Shown here: in pieces, positions 28,301-38,841 of the stretch
Numbering within the stretch: the stretch's first letter is position 1
Layout of the letters: every line of letters begins with the position of its first letter
Origin: Eledone cirrhosa
Taxonomy: Eukaryota
DNA length: 64,000 nucleotides
Reading direction: 5' to 3'
Assembly (NCBI GenBank): GCA_964016885.1
Contig: OZ024740.1
Location: forward strand, 149,296,001-149,360,000
The notes under the pieces: generated by a model
Database searches by the model: none
What the model was told of the DNA's origin: nothing
What the model saw: only the letters and a program-made list of their open reading frames with translations
Made by a program: the position numbers and the translations under genes

Positions 28301-28805
28301 GCAGGTTGGTGAGGCTCTTGCACCCTCCACCCCTATCCGCTAATCCCACACAGTCCCAGCGTGCATCTAAGATCCCGTTCCAGTCGCCCACTAACACTAA
28401 AGAGCGCGACGTTCCAAGAAAGGTCTCCAGACGCCGGAAGAAATCAGGCCGCCCTGCTCCTGTCGGGGCATAGACGGCCACTAGCCTGAAAGCTTGCCCG
28501 TCTCCGCTGGTCACGTCCAGCACCACCAGCTTACCCTCTGGGTCCAGGAAGATGGCCCGTATGGCGAGATCCAAACCTCTCCGAAAAAGTACAGCAACTC
28601 CTCCACCGGATCCAGGACGGCTGGGAGATGCGTACACATCGTAGCCGCCGAAGATCGGTGCGAAGGCCCGTGCTTCGGAGATTCTGGTCTCGCTGATGGC
28701 CACTACATCTATGTTTAGTGACCTGAGGTCGTTGAGCAGGTGACCCTGCTTCCATGACGACCCCAAGCCACGCGCATTTATGCTGCCTATTCTGAGTGAG
28801 GTCAT
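25386..28805 (-). CDS. Tx1-like ORF2 polyprotein, 1139 aa: APE endonuclease, reverse transcriptase, C-terminal CCHC
   Basis: APE motifs INARGL, ISETR, VYAP, GDWN, YLDRVF; RT motifs PGLDGL, FRPITLLN, DQSKAFDRV, QGCPLS, YADD, LLGV; CPRCAQGDETVLHALVQC. Confidence 0.95.
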   Translation of the reverse strand: MTSLRIGSINARGLGSSWKQGHLLNDLRSLNIDVVAISETRISEARAFAPIFGGYDVYASPSRPGSGGGVAVLFRRGLDLAIRAIFLDPEGKLVVLDVTSGDGQAFRLVAVYAPTGAGRPDFFRRLETFLGTSRSLVLVGDWNGILDARWDCVGLADRGGGCKSLTNLLRRFELSDRYRLDFPNVPMWTWTNRIGSSRSYLDRVFCREIDRSSIGCPQFKIVSYTDYKFVICVLDLDRLHRRGPGYWKLNASLPARKAYRDRISELVKRALTEAIVNNKWWFALKRAIRIESIRFSKALAIEKNRAEGELVRKLDEALSKGIVTDVLAAKLALDQFFNAKHEGCVVRARVRALRHEGTKAAQWARVAEARRGNKATIRSLVDHDGRMLLDPGQMCEAFQRHFAQLFGGSDGPGRGMDFSVYLDGLPRLSATEAKCCEKPITAAEVREAMTGCTRGKTPGLDGLPYELYVQMPDLFGGLLADVYCNWQQNGRIPSSVSRGAVALLRKDPNKGDNIENFRPITLLNTEFKILAKVLAKRLALVAGGLVGEAQTCAIPDRSIHDNLRLMRYIVERVAREPGTGGSLINLDQSKAFDRVDHRYLAAVLRAAGFGPVFRGWIAAMHSDICSVVRVNGHLSEPFNIMRSVRQGCPLSSLLYVLTLEPLLHKLETLRGVPRELGCGRSVSAYADDVTVVVSNAKHIEAIGTTLREYEAVTGAMINQEKSVGLELGTWRGRSMPSNSVVGRWTDGPVKLLGVWFGPDLQTDKNWDEVTSSVASLTQKWAERKLSLKGRAEVANAYIASVICYRLTVVPCPKPRLTALERLLFRFLWKGRAPMVRRSICCQHPLRGGLGMPWLMMRRHALRLRHLHLFLDGDQVWSPFARRVFPQLVSLTELQSWVKRRPRGSAWRLECLQALTALDQSGNVIGGNSTSAFYRGLVEGKSDDVLGETLGVDENQLANLFGRTFGPGPMDNFQKSLAWQCYRGALPVRDKLYRHGGAVSRACPRCAQGDETVLHALVQCPKIADLWVYVEHLLSRLGRIQLSSESIVRIAPPSSFSREGQAVFICLVAMAKEIVWWTRLKGLKTSTYLFGDALIDFFKFHLKRKIRVEKEVLSSQHFVERWVREARMARVNGPTLSIYM

Positions 28806-28840
28806 GTTTAAAATAGAGTGGAAAAGATGGGAAAGACCAC

Positions 28841-30949
28841 TTACCGTACTTTTGGTAGAGGAGGGATGGTTTTTACATCCCTTTTCACTTGATCGTCTGG
28901 TGAAGGGACCGTTGAATCGTCCCTTCGGCTGGTCGTCGGCTCTTCTAAGAGAATGTCTGAGTATACTCTTCGATTGATGGTTCCTCCTAGGTCCCTGAAA
29001 TCACCAACTGCGTTGGGGAATTTCGTTTTAATATTTGTGTATTGTTTCTGTGCTATTTTTAGCAGTCTTATGTTAGTTGGCGTTTTGATTGGTGCTGGTA
29101 TTATGTAGTCCTGTTGTGAAATGTCTGTGTGCTCAATTATGTAAGTCATTAGTTTCTTGTTGTGTGTATTTATTGCCGTGCATTTGTTTTTCTGGGGGTG
29201 GGGTGTGGTTCTGCTATTTTCTTGTCGTTGTTGCTGGGTGTGTGTGTTTTGTTGTTGTGTTTGCGATGTTGGTGCTTGTGGTGGTGGTGTTGAAGGTGTT
29301 GTTGGCGGTGGGGTTGTCGCCGGTGGTGATGGTGGCGCTAGTGTGGGTGGTGATGGTGTTGGTGTTGTTGCTGCTGTGGGTCTCTTTGCAGTAGACTTTA
29401 CCCTTTTCTCATTTCTTTCCTCCCTTTTCAAAGGCGACGATGCGCTGCTTCTGCGTTTGTGCCTTCTTACGACCTTTTGCCATCCCTCTCCCACCTCACA
29501 CTCCATGTCTGATTCTGTGAGGTCGAGGAGGGGTACCAGCTCCACTCTTTCACTTGTTGTTGTTGGTGATGTTTGCACTGGAGTCTCTGTTGCAGCTGCA
29601 TTTGTTATTGTTATTTTTGTTGTTAATACTTCCACTGCTGCTGCTGTTTTTGATTTCCGTGGCGTGGGTATGGGTGCCACGGACCTATCGTTCCTGGTTG
29701 CCGCTTGTCCTGTTGTTGGTAGCCGTGGAGCCGGTTTCGGAAGGAGGGGGGTTTTCTCCTTTCTCGTGGTCTTCTCGTTGCAGAAGGCCCTGAGGTGAGT
29801 CTTCGATCCACAGCGAAAGCATTTCGGGCGTTTGCCCTCAACACTTATGGGCAGTTGAGTGCCGTTATCGAAGTCTATCACATCCGGGATAGCTTCGATG
29901 CACTCCTGGTTGGTTTGGATTAACATCTCAATGGAGGTGCCGACCCAATCTTCTCTTACTTTTTTCTGTACTTGCAGTACAGTTGTTTTGTCCTCGATTC
30001 AGACGAGGACAGACGCGGCCAGCCAAGAAGGGGCCATCCCGGGGGGGGGGGGGCGTGGGTCAGTTTGACCCTCACAATATTTTGCCCGCAGTAGGAGGGC
30101 ACCAACACCATTTCCTCGCTCCTTATGGTCACTACGGATTGAGCCTTTGCCTCCTGGGGTGTGGCAAAAGTACGTCTACGGTGGCATATTTCTTGCCTCG
30201 GGTGATGTGCGTTTTCTGCTGCCACACAGACCCCAAGGCTTTTTGTATTTGAGCATCTGTGGCTCTTTCAACCCTACGGGATTTTGTACTTATTGTACGG
30301 TACGTGACCGTACAGTGCTGTTGGGTTTTGAAAAAATTTTCCGCTGCCTTGCAGATTGCTCGGTGTCCAGTTTTTGCCACCATCTTCTTCGCTTCCTCTA
30401 ATTGCTAATTTGTTATGAGGATTGTTTCCAGGTTCTTCGCGATATCTGCAAACGAGATTGGTTTTTCTTTGCTGCTGTTGTTGTTGTTGTTGTCGTCAGA
30501 GCTGCTGGTACTTTTGTTGTTGCTGCAGGTACTACGACTACTGCCGCCGCCGCTGTTGCTGTGGTTGTTGTTGTTGTTGCTGCTGCTAATGCTGTTGTTG
30601 TTTATGCTGCTGCTGATGCTGTTGCGGCTGCTACTGTGTTTTCATTGTCACTGTTGCTGTTGTTATTACGGCTGCTACTGCTATTATTCCTGACGTCAGA
30701 CGAATGAAATGGGTTTTCGTATTTCCCGCACACCTTTTTCGTCGTTGTCGTCGTCGTCGTGGAGAAATCTTGCACGCTTTGCACGAGACTTTTCTTTCCT
30801 CTCGTCGCTTGCGAAAGAGAAGGGAGGGAGAGAGACACATTTAAAGAAGGGAGGGAGAGAGACAATCTTCTCTCTGCTGTAGTGACGATTGAGGAAGAAG
30901 AAGACGGAATGAGTGGGAGTGACCTATGAAAATTCTTTTTCGTAGCCAT
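28841..30949 (-). pseudogene. ORF1 of Tx1 copy 2, disrupted
   Basis: The 361-aa C-terminal ORF has the CCHC knuckle. It carries the same upstream stops and frameshifts as copy 1, plus a frame change at the G-run 30041-30053. Confidence 0.8.
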
Positions 30950-31149
30950 GTTGTTTTTTTTGTTTAAAATAAATATTGGGCACAAAACCCCAATAAGCAG
31001 TTATTTAACCCGGAAGGTTCAAATAACGGGCAGAAAGACCCCTCTCACGAGGAGGGGGGTGTTTTTGTCTACAAGTTGGTTAAAGTTTTAAACAATTTAC
31101 AATTGTTATAGCGTTCAAAATTTACAATACCTTACAGAGCCGAGCATTC

Positions 31150-31153
31150 AATG

Positions 31154-31217
<64 letters not shown>
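31150..31217. repeat. (AAT)n tract between Tx1 5' end and R4-like element
   Basis: Direct reading. Confidence 0.95.
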
Positions 31218-32642
31218 GATCAGATCAAGCTATTAGCACAAAGTCAGCGGATCAGATCAAGCTATTAGCACAAAGTCAGCGAAGGGAAAATGAAACATGT
31301 GTCAGTGAAAACGAGGTAAATTGTAACACTTCGAATCCCAGGGTTGGGGCGGAATCACTGGCAACAGAACAAATTAAAGAAAGGATCGAAAAAGTGGAAG
31401 GAGTGCATGCTCAAGATGAAACTCCAAATGAAAATAGTGAGATCGTAAATGATAAAGAAATGAATGAGAATGAACTTGCCAACTTGAAGGACGAAATTAT
31501 GATCGAATGGATGAAAATGAAAGAATCTGACATGGGGCAACGAGACACCATCCCTAAGATCCAGAACTCCAAACAGAACCAAAAGATAATACACAAGACT
31601 AACATAATTCTCAAAAACATTATCATCACAAACAAACTAAACATTACTGATTTAAATCATCTCTATTATGCATCGGCTAAAGTCACGACTCACTTATGTT
31701 GAGTGAAGATGAAAAAACAAAGGAATTCCCACAAGAAATCTACTTGGCAAGAGAACATCAATCGCCAAATAAACCTTCTCCGATCTGACATAGAAATTTT
31801 AACAGACTATAAAGTAGGTGAACATGTTAAACAAACTAAACTTAGAAAATTGAAAAAAAAGTACAATATAAAATCAACAAGTGACATAGACATGCTGATA
31901 GAAATAATCAAGCAAAAAGTGTCGGCCAAAGCTGCTCGTATAAGGCGCTTTGAAAAACGATCTAGATTCTATAAGGACAATAATATGTTCAAAAACAACC
32001 AAAGAAACTTCTACAGAAAAATTGGTAATTCAACAATAACTGCTAAATCAATACCACCCAAGGAGGAAGTGCAAGAATTCTGGGAAAAGACCTGGGCCGG
32101 AGAAAAAGTTCATAACATACATGCCCCATGGATAGACAGACAAATGAAAGATACAGCTCACCTTGAGGAACAAATATGGGAAAATATAACAGTTGAACAG
32201 TTGCCTGCTAATTGATATGTCCGTTCCAATTGACAAGAATGTATCTATAAAAAACATTTGAAAAATTGAGCAAGTATAAGGACCTGGAGATAGAAATTAG
32301 AAAAATGTGGAAATTGAGAACTAAAACAATACCAGTGGTTGTAGGCGCTCTAGGAATGATACCTAAGGGGTCTAATGATTACTTATCGCAAATCCCAGAA
32401 ACCCGCGTATAGGAGAAATACAAAAGGTAGTACTAATGGGAACTGCCCATATACTAAGGAAGATTCTGTCAATATAAGTACATCACAAGTCTAAACACCT
32501 AAAGATGCATGTGTGTGTATGTATGTATGTTCTTTCTTGAACATGGCGGACCTTGTTGTCTCTTGAGGTCACTGGTTGTGACTTGGTGATAACTCGTATG
32601 AGCATAAAGCAAGATAAATGCAACTGTAATAATAATAATAAT

Positions 32643-32648
<6 letters not shown>
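31218..32648 (+). mobile_element. Internally deleted R4/Dong-clade (RLE) non-LTR retrotransposon
   Basis: The pre-RT region KQKVSAKAARIRRFEKR..FYKDNNMFKNNQRNFYR..PPKEEVQEFWEKTW..HN..APWI is fused directly to the REL C-terminus CLLIDMSVPID..KLSKYKDLEIEIRKMWKL..TIPVVVGALG..IQKVVLMGTAHILRKIL* (stop at about 32477). It ends in a (TAA)n tail. Confidence 0.88.
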
Positions 32649-32685
<37 letters not shown>

Positions 32686-32687
<2 letters not shown>

Positions 32688-32740
32688 TTTTAATATAGAT
32701 GAGATTCTACAGGACTAGAACTGTTTCATTCTTTAAAAAT

Positions 32741-32745
<5 letters not shown>
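32686..32745 (-). ncRNA. Truncated hammerhead ribozyme (family B)
   Basis: Nearly identical to 53539-53599 but cut at C3 of the CUGAUGA core by (TA)n. Confidence 0.65.
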
Positions 32746-32782
<37 letters not shown>

Positions 32783-32820
32783 TTGCGAGGTTTTTGATCT
32801 GAAATCGTGTGTCGAAACAA

Positions 32821-33116
32821 ATATTGTTATACTTGGGGAGGGTCATATTTGTGTAATATTGCCCGAATTAATAACAGAACACACAGTTTTTTTGGTTTTC
32901 GCTTTTCGCTTCTGTGTCTTTTATATCGGTAATCTAATTTATTCGGTCCTCAATGTTGCCATTGACTGACCAACGGTCAAATATAATACAGATACAATAT
33001 AGACACAAACACATATATATAGTTTATCAAAGTTCTTTCGTTGCACATCTGCATTAATTCTGTTATTAATTCTGGCAATATTACACAAATATGACCCTCC
33101 CCAAGTATAACAATAT
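32821..33116. repeat. 59-bp inverted repeat element (arms 32821-32879 / 33058-33116)
   Basis: Near-perfect reverse complements; same family as the 13.5 kb and 56.2 kb repeats. Confidence 0.85.
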
Positions 33117-33885
33117 ATATATATATATATATAACAATATATCTGTTAGAACACGAAAAGTGTGAAACACAGAATGTTCACTTTTCGTGTTCTAACATAT
33201 ATGCCTAGCTTCTTTAAAAATTTTTCGGGGATAGCCGTGGTGGTGGTGATCGTATGTCATTGGCTAATTTTCAACCAATCAGAGTACCTCTCTCTATATC
33301 TCTTCCACTGTTACTTACGCCTGTTTCTCTCTATCTGTTCCGTCTCTATATATATCTCTTACTCTTTCGCTTTGCACTCCTCCCCTTCAATACCATCTCT
33401 CCCCCTCTCTATATATTTGTTACTCTATCGCTGCACGCTCCTCTCCTTCAATATATCAATTACACACGCTTTACACTCCTTTATCCCCAGCGCCCCTATA
33501 TATACACCCCCCTCTCCCGCATCTATATTTTAATGTACCGTTGCACCGTGAATATATGTGTCTATATATATATACATATATATTGTATATACACATTCAT
33601 GTATGTGTATACACACTCATGTATGTATATACACTGGTTTTATGTGTGTATTGTAAATTTGTACTGTTAAAACACGAAACTAACATTCGATTGACACTTT
33701 GATTACCTGTACAGGCAATAGTTATTAGAATGCTGTTGAAGTGTGTATATATTTTTGGGGGACATCCTGTATATACACACATTATATATAATACAATAAA
33801 CAGATAAATACACACATATATATATGAGCTTATTTAATTATAAATATTGTGAATTTTTAACTCAGTTCAATTATATATATAAATG

Positions 33886-33928
33886 GCTTCTACAGGACTA
33901 GAACTGTTTCATTCGAAAGAAATCATCA
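33886..33928 (-). ncRNA. Truncated hammerhead ribozyme (family B)
   Basis: Minus strand TGATGA-tttc tttc gaat-GAAA-cag ttctagtc ctgt-A-gaagc; the 5' strand of stem I and C3 are lost. Confidence 0.6.
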
Positions 33929-34544
33929 TAATATTGAGAGGGGGGACTAGATAAAATATTTCAAATCAAATGTGTATAAGTTATAAGTTAAAATGTATAA
34001 ATAGAGACGATAGTGGAGGTATATCTGTTTAGTGGAACAGTAGACGATAGAATTAAATACAGACGAGAATCTCCCTTTAATGAAACAGCAGACGATAGAA
34101 TTAAGGCAATTTAAATTTTAAGCATTTGCATTTTTGCCTTTCATCGTTACGGGGTCGATAAAATAAAGTACCAGTAATACACTGTCACTAGACGACTTTC
34201 AAATTGAATTGTTGGTTCCATTTCTTTAGTATTTTCAATTGTAGTTATCTACTTAAAAAGCGTTACACGGTTAGAGACATAATTCGTAAGTTATATCTTC
34301 CCTATTAAACCATTGCATTATTTCGCCTACAATAGAACAAAAATGAAATGTTCTTTAAAGAAACAGGAATATAACTTTATAAAAAAAAAAGTTGCATCCG
34401 CTTCTTTTATCATTGATAATTTTTTCGTTTTAATATTAATTGTTTTTTGTAGTTGTTTATATTAAAAATCTTACTGTAATATTTACTTAAACGAAGGCAA
34501 ATATCTAAACTTATAGATTAATCTTGAGCGAAGGACTAGATAAA

Positions 34545-34609
<65 letters not shown>

Positions 34610-34984
34610 GAAGAATGATAAAATTTCAAGCAAAGAGTTTAATTAGGTATATTTTGTAATATTATTAACTAATTATTATAATTAACGCGCATATTTTGCT
34701 ATCCTCAAACACGTTTACACATGGCATGAAATATAACTAATCCGAGATGGCTAGGTTTCATCTTCTAACTGGATATACGAAATCCATTATGTCTTGACAA
34801 CAACATGAGGTAACATTATGTTATTCACAGACACACTTTGTACACTGTTCCATATCAGAATGTATTTCCTTCGTCACATTCACAAACAGTATTGAAAATA
34901 TGTTCTTCGGCAAATAAAAATGTTTTGTTCATAATATTTCAACTAGCGATTGCTCTACTTCACGCACGACCACCATAAATTAAT

Positions 34985-35175
34985 GACCAGCTCAACACAA
35001 GTATTGGTAGAGCGTCAGACACCATGCTTTGCAGTATTGTTATGGTCCTTTGCATTCTAAGTTCAAATCCTGCCGAGGTTAACTTCGACTTTCATACTTA
35101 CTAATTCGATAAAATAAAGTACCAGTAATGGACTGCCGTAATGGATTTGTGCCGAAAAATAGAAACACTATTAAT
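34985..35175 (+). mobile_element. tRNA-derived SINE (diverged)
   Basis: gtattggtagag...gttcaaatcctgccgaggttaac...gataaaataaagtaccagt. Confidence 0.8.
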
Positions 35176-35723
35176 GTGCAATAAGAGCAAAATATAACGA
35201 CATTGCTCAATTATTTTATCTAATGTTGTAATAACACAAGGAAATGTTGTTTGTGTATTTTTTTTTATATTTGCTCATAGGCTTTTACAATTTCGCTCAG
35301 CCAACAACTATTAAAAAGTGAGTTGCTTAAGATAACAATTTAATCACAAATTGTTGCTATCTTTTAATACACTCCAACAAGTCATCAAATTATGTACAAT
35401 AAAAACAAATCTTATTAATTTGCTCAGGGAATATAAAGAAAATGTATATACACTGATAATTGCAAATGTATGTAAATATTTTGTTTTTGTATTGTATATT
35501 TTATGTTTTCTATTATGTATAATATATTGATTTAATATTGATTGTTTTTTGTAGTTGTTTATATTAAAAGTCTGAAAATATTTTTATACATCTTACACTA
35601 ATATTTATAAGATAATTTATAATAACAATTACATAATCTAATTACATTACAACGATAATTTATTATTAATATATATCCTGTTTAACTAGAGTTATTACAA
35701 GCGTTGCCTTAAAAAAATATTAA

Positions 35724-36678
35724 ACTAGACATGAAAAATGCGCAAGCTCAAAAGTGCCACAGAATGTTATAATAAACCTTCAAAAGTGTGGGACTAGAGT
35801 TGTTGCTAAAAAATATTGTAATCATTATATATCGTACATTCTGTGGCATCCTTTATAAAAATAGCTTAAACCAACGAAGCCTTTATTTTTACGCTATTTC
35901 ACTTAGTTAATTCTTAGAGTGTAACATATAAAAATAAATACATCTATGTTTAATGTAATAACAGCTATAAATAATTACGTAATATTATTATCATATACTC
36001 ATAGTAACAAAATAATTGTGTTGAAACTTAATATGATGCTTATATGAACGATCAAATCTATAATGATAATTTCTTAAATATACTAATAGTAAAATAATTT
36101 AGTTATCTATTGTTACATTTTCATAGAACTATAATATTAACAATCGTATTGCATTATCAAATTTTTATCACTACAAACTTTCATATTGGAATTACCTTAA
36201 GCCACTTATTATTACTTCGCTTTCGTACTTTTACAGCTGTAGATATTGCGCTGTATCTTATATCTAATATCAATATCTCGTGGTAATTTGCATGAAGTGT
36301 AAAATAGGTTTATTAATAACTTTAATATGAAATGTATTATACAGGGCTGCGGAGTCGGTCAAAAATTGACTGGCTCCAACTCAGGATCCGATACTCCATT
36401 ATTTCCTAAATTTCAGCTCCGCAGCTCTGTTATTATATTAATTAATTTATTTTATAGTTGTAAATGATATTTTTATATGTTACACTCTAAGAATTAACTA
36501 AGTGAAATAGCGTAAAAATAAAGGCTTCGTTGGTTTAAGCTATTTTTATAAAGGATGCCACAGAATGTACGATATATAATGATTACAATATTTTTTAGCA
36601 ACAACTCTAGTCCCACACTTTTGAAGGTTTATTATAACATTCTGTGGCACTTTTGAGCTTGCGCATTTTTCATGTCTA

Positions 36679-36680
<2 letters not shown>
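35724..36680. repeat. Perfect ~213-bp inverted repeat (35724-35936 / 36468-36680)
   Basis: The arms read as exact reverse complements by eye; the spacer is about 530 bp. Confidence 0.9.
36342..36429. mobile_element. Small hAT-like MITE
   Basis: TIRs cagggctgcggag / ctccgcagctctg; 8-bp flanks gtattata / ttattata (TSD with 1 mismatch). Confidence 0.6.
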
Positions 36681-36745
<65 letters not shown>

Positions 36746-36977
36746 CAGGTTGTATGTATGTGGTAATCACATTATTCGAATAAAACAAATCTTTCTTTTA
36801 TTTAATGTAACAGAGCTGTTGTAATATATATATCCTTTGCCTATTTGCTTTTTATTTCATGTTCTTAACATTTCTTCAAATTTTCGTTTCTTTCGTTACA
36901 TATTTCTCTCTATGTTTTCCATCTGTATGAATATATACGTGTAGAGAGTGTTTGTATATGTGTGTATGTGTGTGTAT

Positions 36978-37023
<46 letters not shown>

Positions 37024-37821
37024 CGTGCGTGAGTCAGTATGTAGGCGAGAGCTTATGTGTCTATGTATGTGTGTAAATGTGTTTATTTGTATGAATATAA
37101 TTCTACGAATGTTTGTGTGTGTTGTTTCGAAATTCCATGAGGCAAAATATAACTTTGTTTTTCATGACACGATCTTGAGTTCTTTAAATATAAAAAACCC
37201 AAGATATTGCTGCCACCACGTATTTTTCATATATTAACTTATATTTTCCTCTATTATCCAATTTGGCAATGGCTGCATGCAAAAGTGTAAACTAACGACA
37301 CAATAATTTTAGGTGAGTGTCACGTAGTAAATACCCAATATAAAATCGATGTAAATTTCAATAAAAGTTCCTTGGTTGTTTCGTAAAAAAGTTATATTTA
37401 TGTATTTATGTAAATACATGAAGTACTTGTTGATGGTAGATAGTTGGTAAATTATTGTATACAGTGCTCAGGAGCACTACAACTCACCAAAGGCGCATGT
37501 ATATTACATAGAATGATATACAAATGTCAGGGAAGTGAATAGTGTGTGAGTCATGATATACATGTGTGCGTGTGTATGGAGGGGGAATATTAAGTGTAGT
37601 GTTGGCGAAGCTTAGGAAGCATGGAGGTTTTAAAGGATGCAGTGTCTCGACAGCTAATAACTGATGCAGGCAGTTTATTCCATGCTTCAGCAACTCTGAG
37701 CGTGAAAAAATGTTTCCGAAAGTCATGGGAGCTGAGCTGTTTTCTGACTTTATTGGCATGCCCACGTGTGTTAGACACATGGAAATCAAAAAGGTACTCA
37801 GGGTTGTTGTTGGCAAGATGG

Positions 37822-38841
37822 TTAATAAATAATTTTGTGGGTGTTTACCAAGTCAGTTGCCAGACGTCGGAGCTTCAATGTATCCATGCCCAGAGAAGCA
37901 GGGCGTTCCGAGTACGGTAGATGCCTGATGGAGGGTATTCGCTTGGTTACACGTCTCTGAACAGTTTCCAGGCGGTCAATGTTCTGAGCAAGATAGGGGT
38001 TCCACACTGGTGATGCAAATTCTAAGTGTGGCCGCACCATAGTTATATACAGCTTTAAATAGATGGCTGGAGAACGGCTAACAAAGGTCTTGCTGAGTGA
38101 TGCTAAGACACCCTCGGCCCTCTTGACAATTTTAGAGACGTGCTTCGTCCAACGCAAATCGCTGCTGACAGTAATGCTCAGGTCACGTTCACAAGAAGAC
38201 TTCTTGATATTAGTGTTGTGGAGGGAGTATGTGGGCGCTGCGTTTTTACTCCCAAAATGCATGGTGGTACACTTGTCCATAGCCAGCTTGAGTTGCCAGT
38301 CCGTGATCCATTGTTGCATTGTGTCCAAGTTAGATTGCAGGCAAGATCTATAGTGTTCAGGAAAAGTCCTTTTTATCTCAAGATACAGCTTGATGTCATC
38401 TGCATATTTCAGTACTGTGACATTCTTTAAATTGACATCCATGTCATTAATGTATGCCACAAAAAAAAGGGGGCCAAGAACAGATCCCTGTGGCACACCA
38501 GATGACATCTCAAACGGTGAGGAATGCTGTGCTAGAACCGTGACTACCTCTCTTCGACTGAGAATGAAGGATTTACAGTTAAAAAGATCATCCTTCACAC
38601 CCATTACAGAGAGTTTTGCCATAAGTCTTTTGTGTGGCACAGAATTGAAAGCTTCAGCAAAATCAAGGTAAACAACATCCACCCATGAGCCGCCATCAGT
38701 GATCCGGGTGATGTCTTCAAGAAACTCGATAAGTTGATCACTGTAGCTGGAGTTAGGGATAAATCCAAGTTGCGAGGGCCGGATAAGACTATGAGTGTTC
38801 CAGAAGTTCCAAAGTGTTTTTCTGACACAGGATTCCATCAA
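37822..38841 (-). pseudogene. CR1 ORF2 RT domain (longest open piece, 339 aa)
   Basis: RT motifs as above; flanked by frameshifted pieces. Confidence 0.9.

Larger units (their letters stand above)
25124..31149 (-). mobile_element. Full-length Tx1-like non-LTR retrotransposon, copy 2
   Basis: Same architecture as copy 1, the same 5' end (gaatgctcggctctgtaagg), and (AAT)n on both sides. Confidence 0.95.

Noticed and set aside
19249-30707. Plus-strand ORFs within the Tx1 copies (e.g. 213 aa, 169 aa)
   Set aside because: Antisense shadows of GC-rich ORF1/ORF2; no independent motifs.
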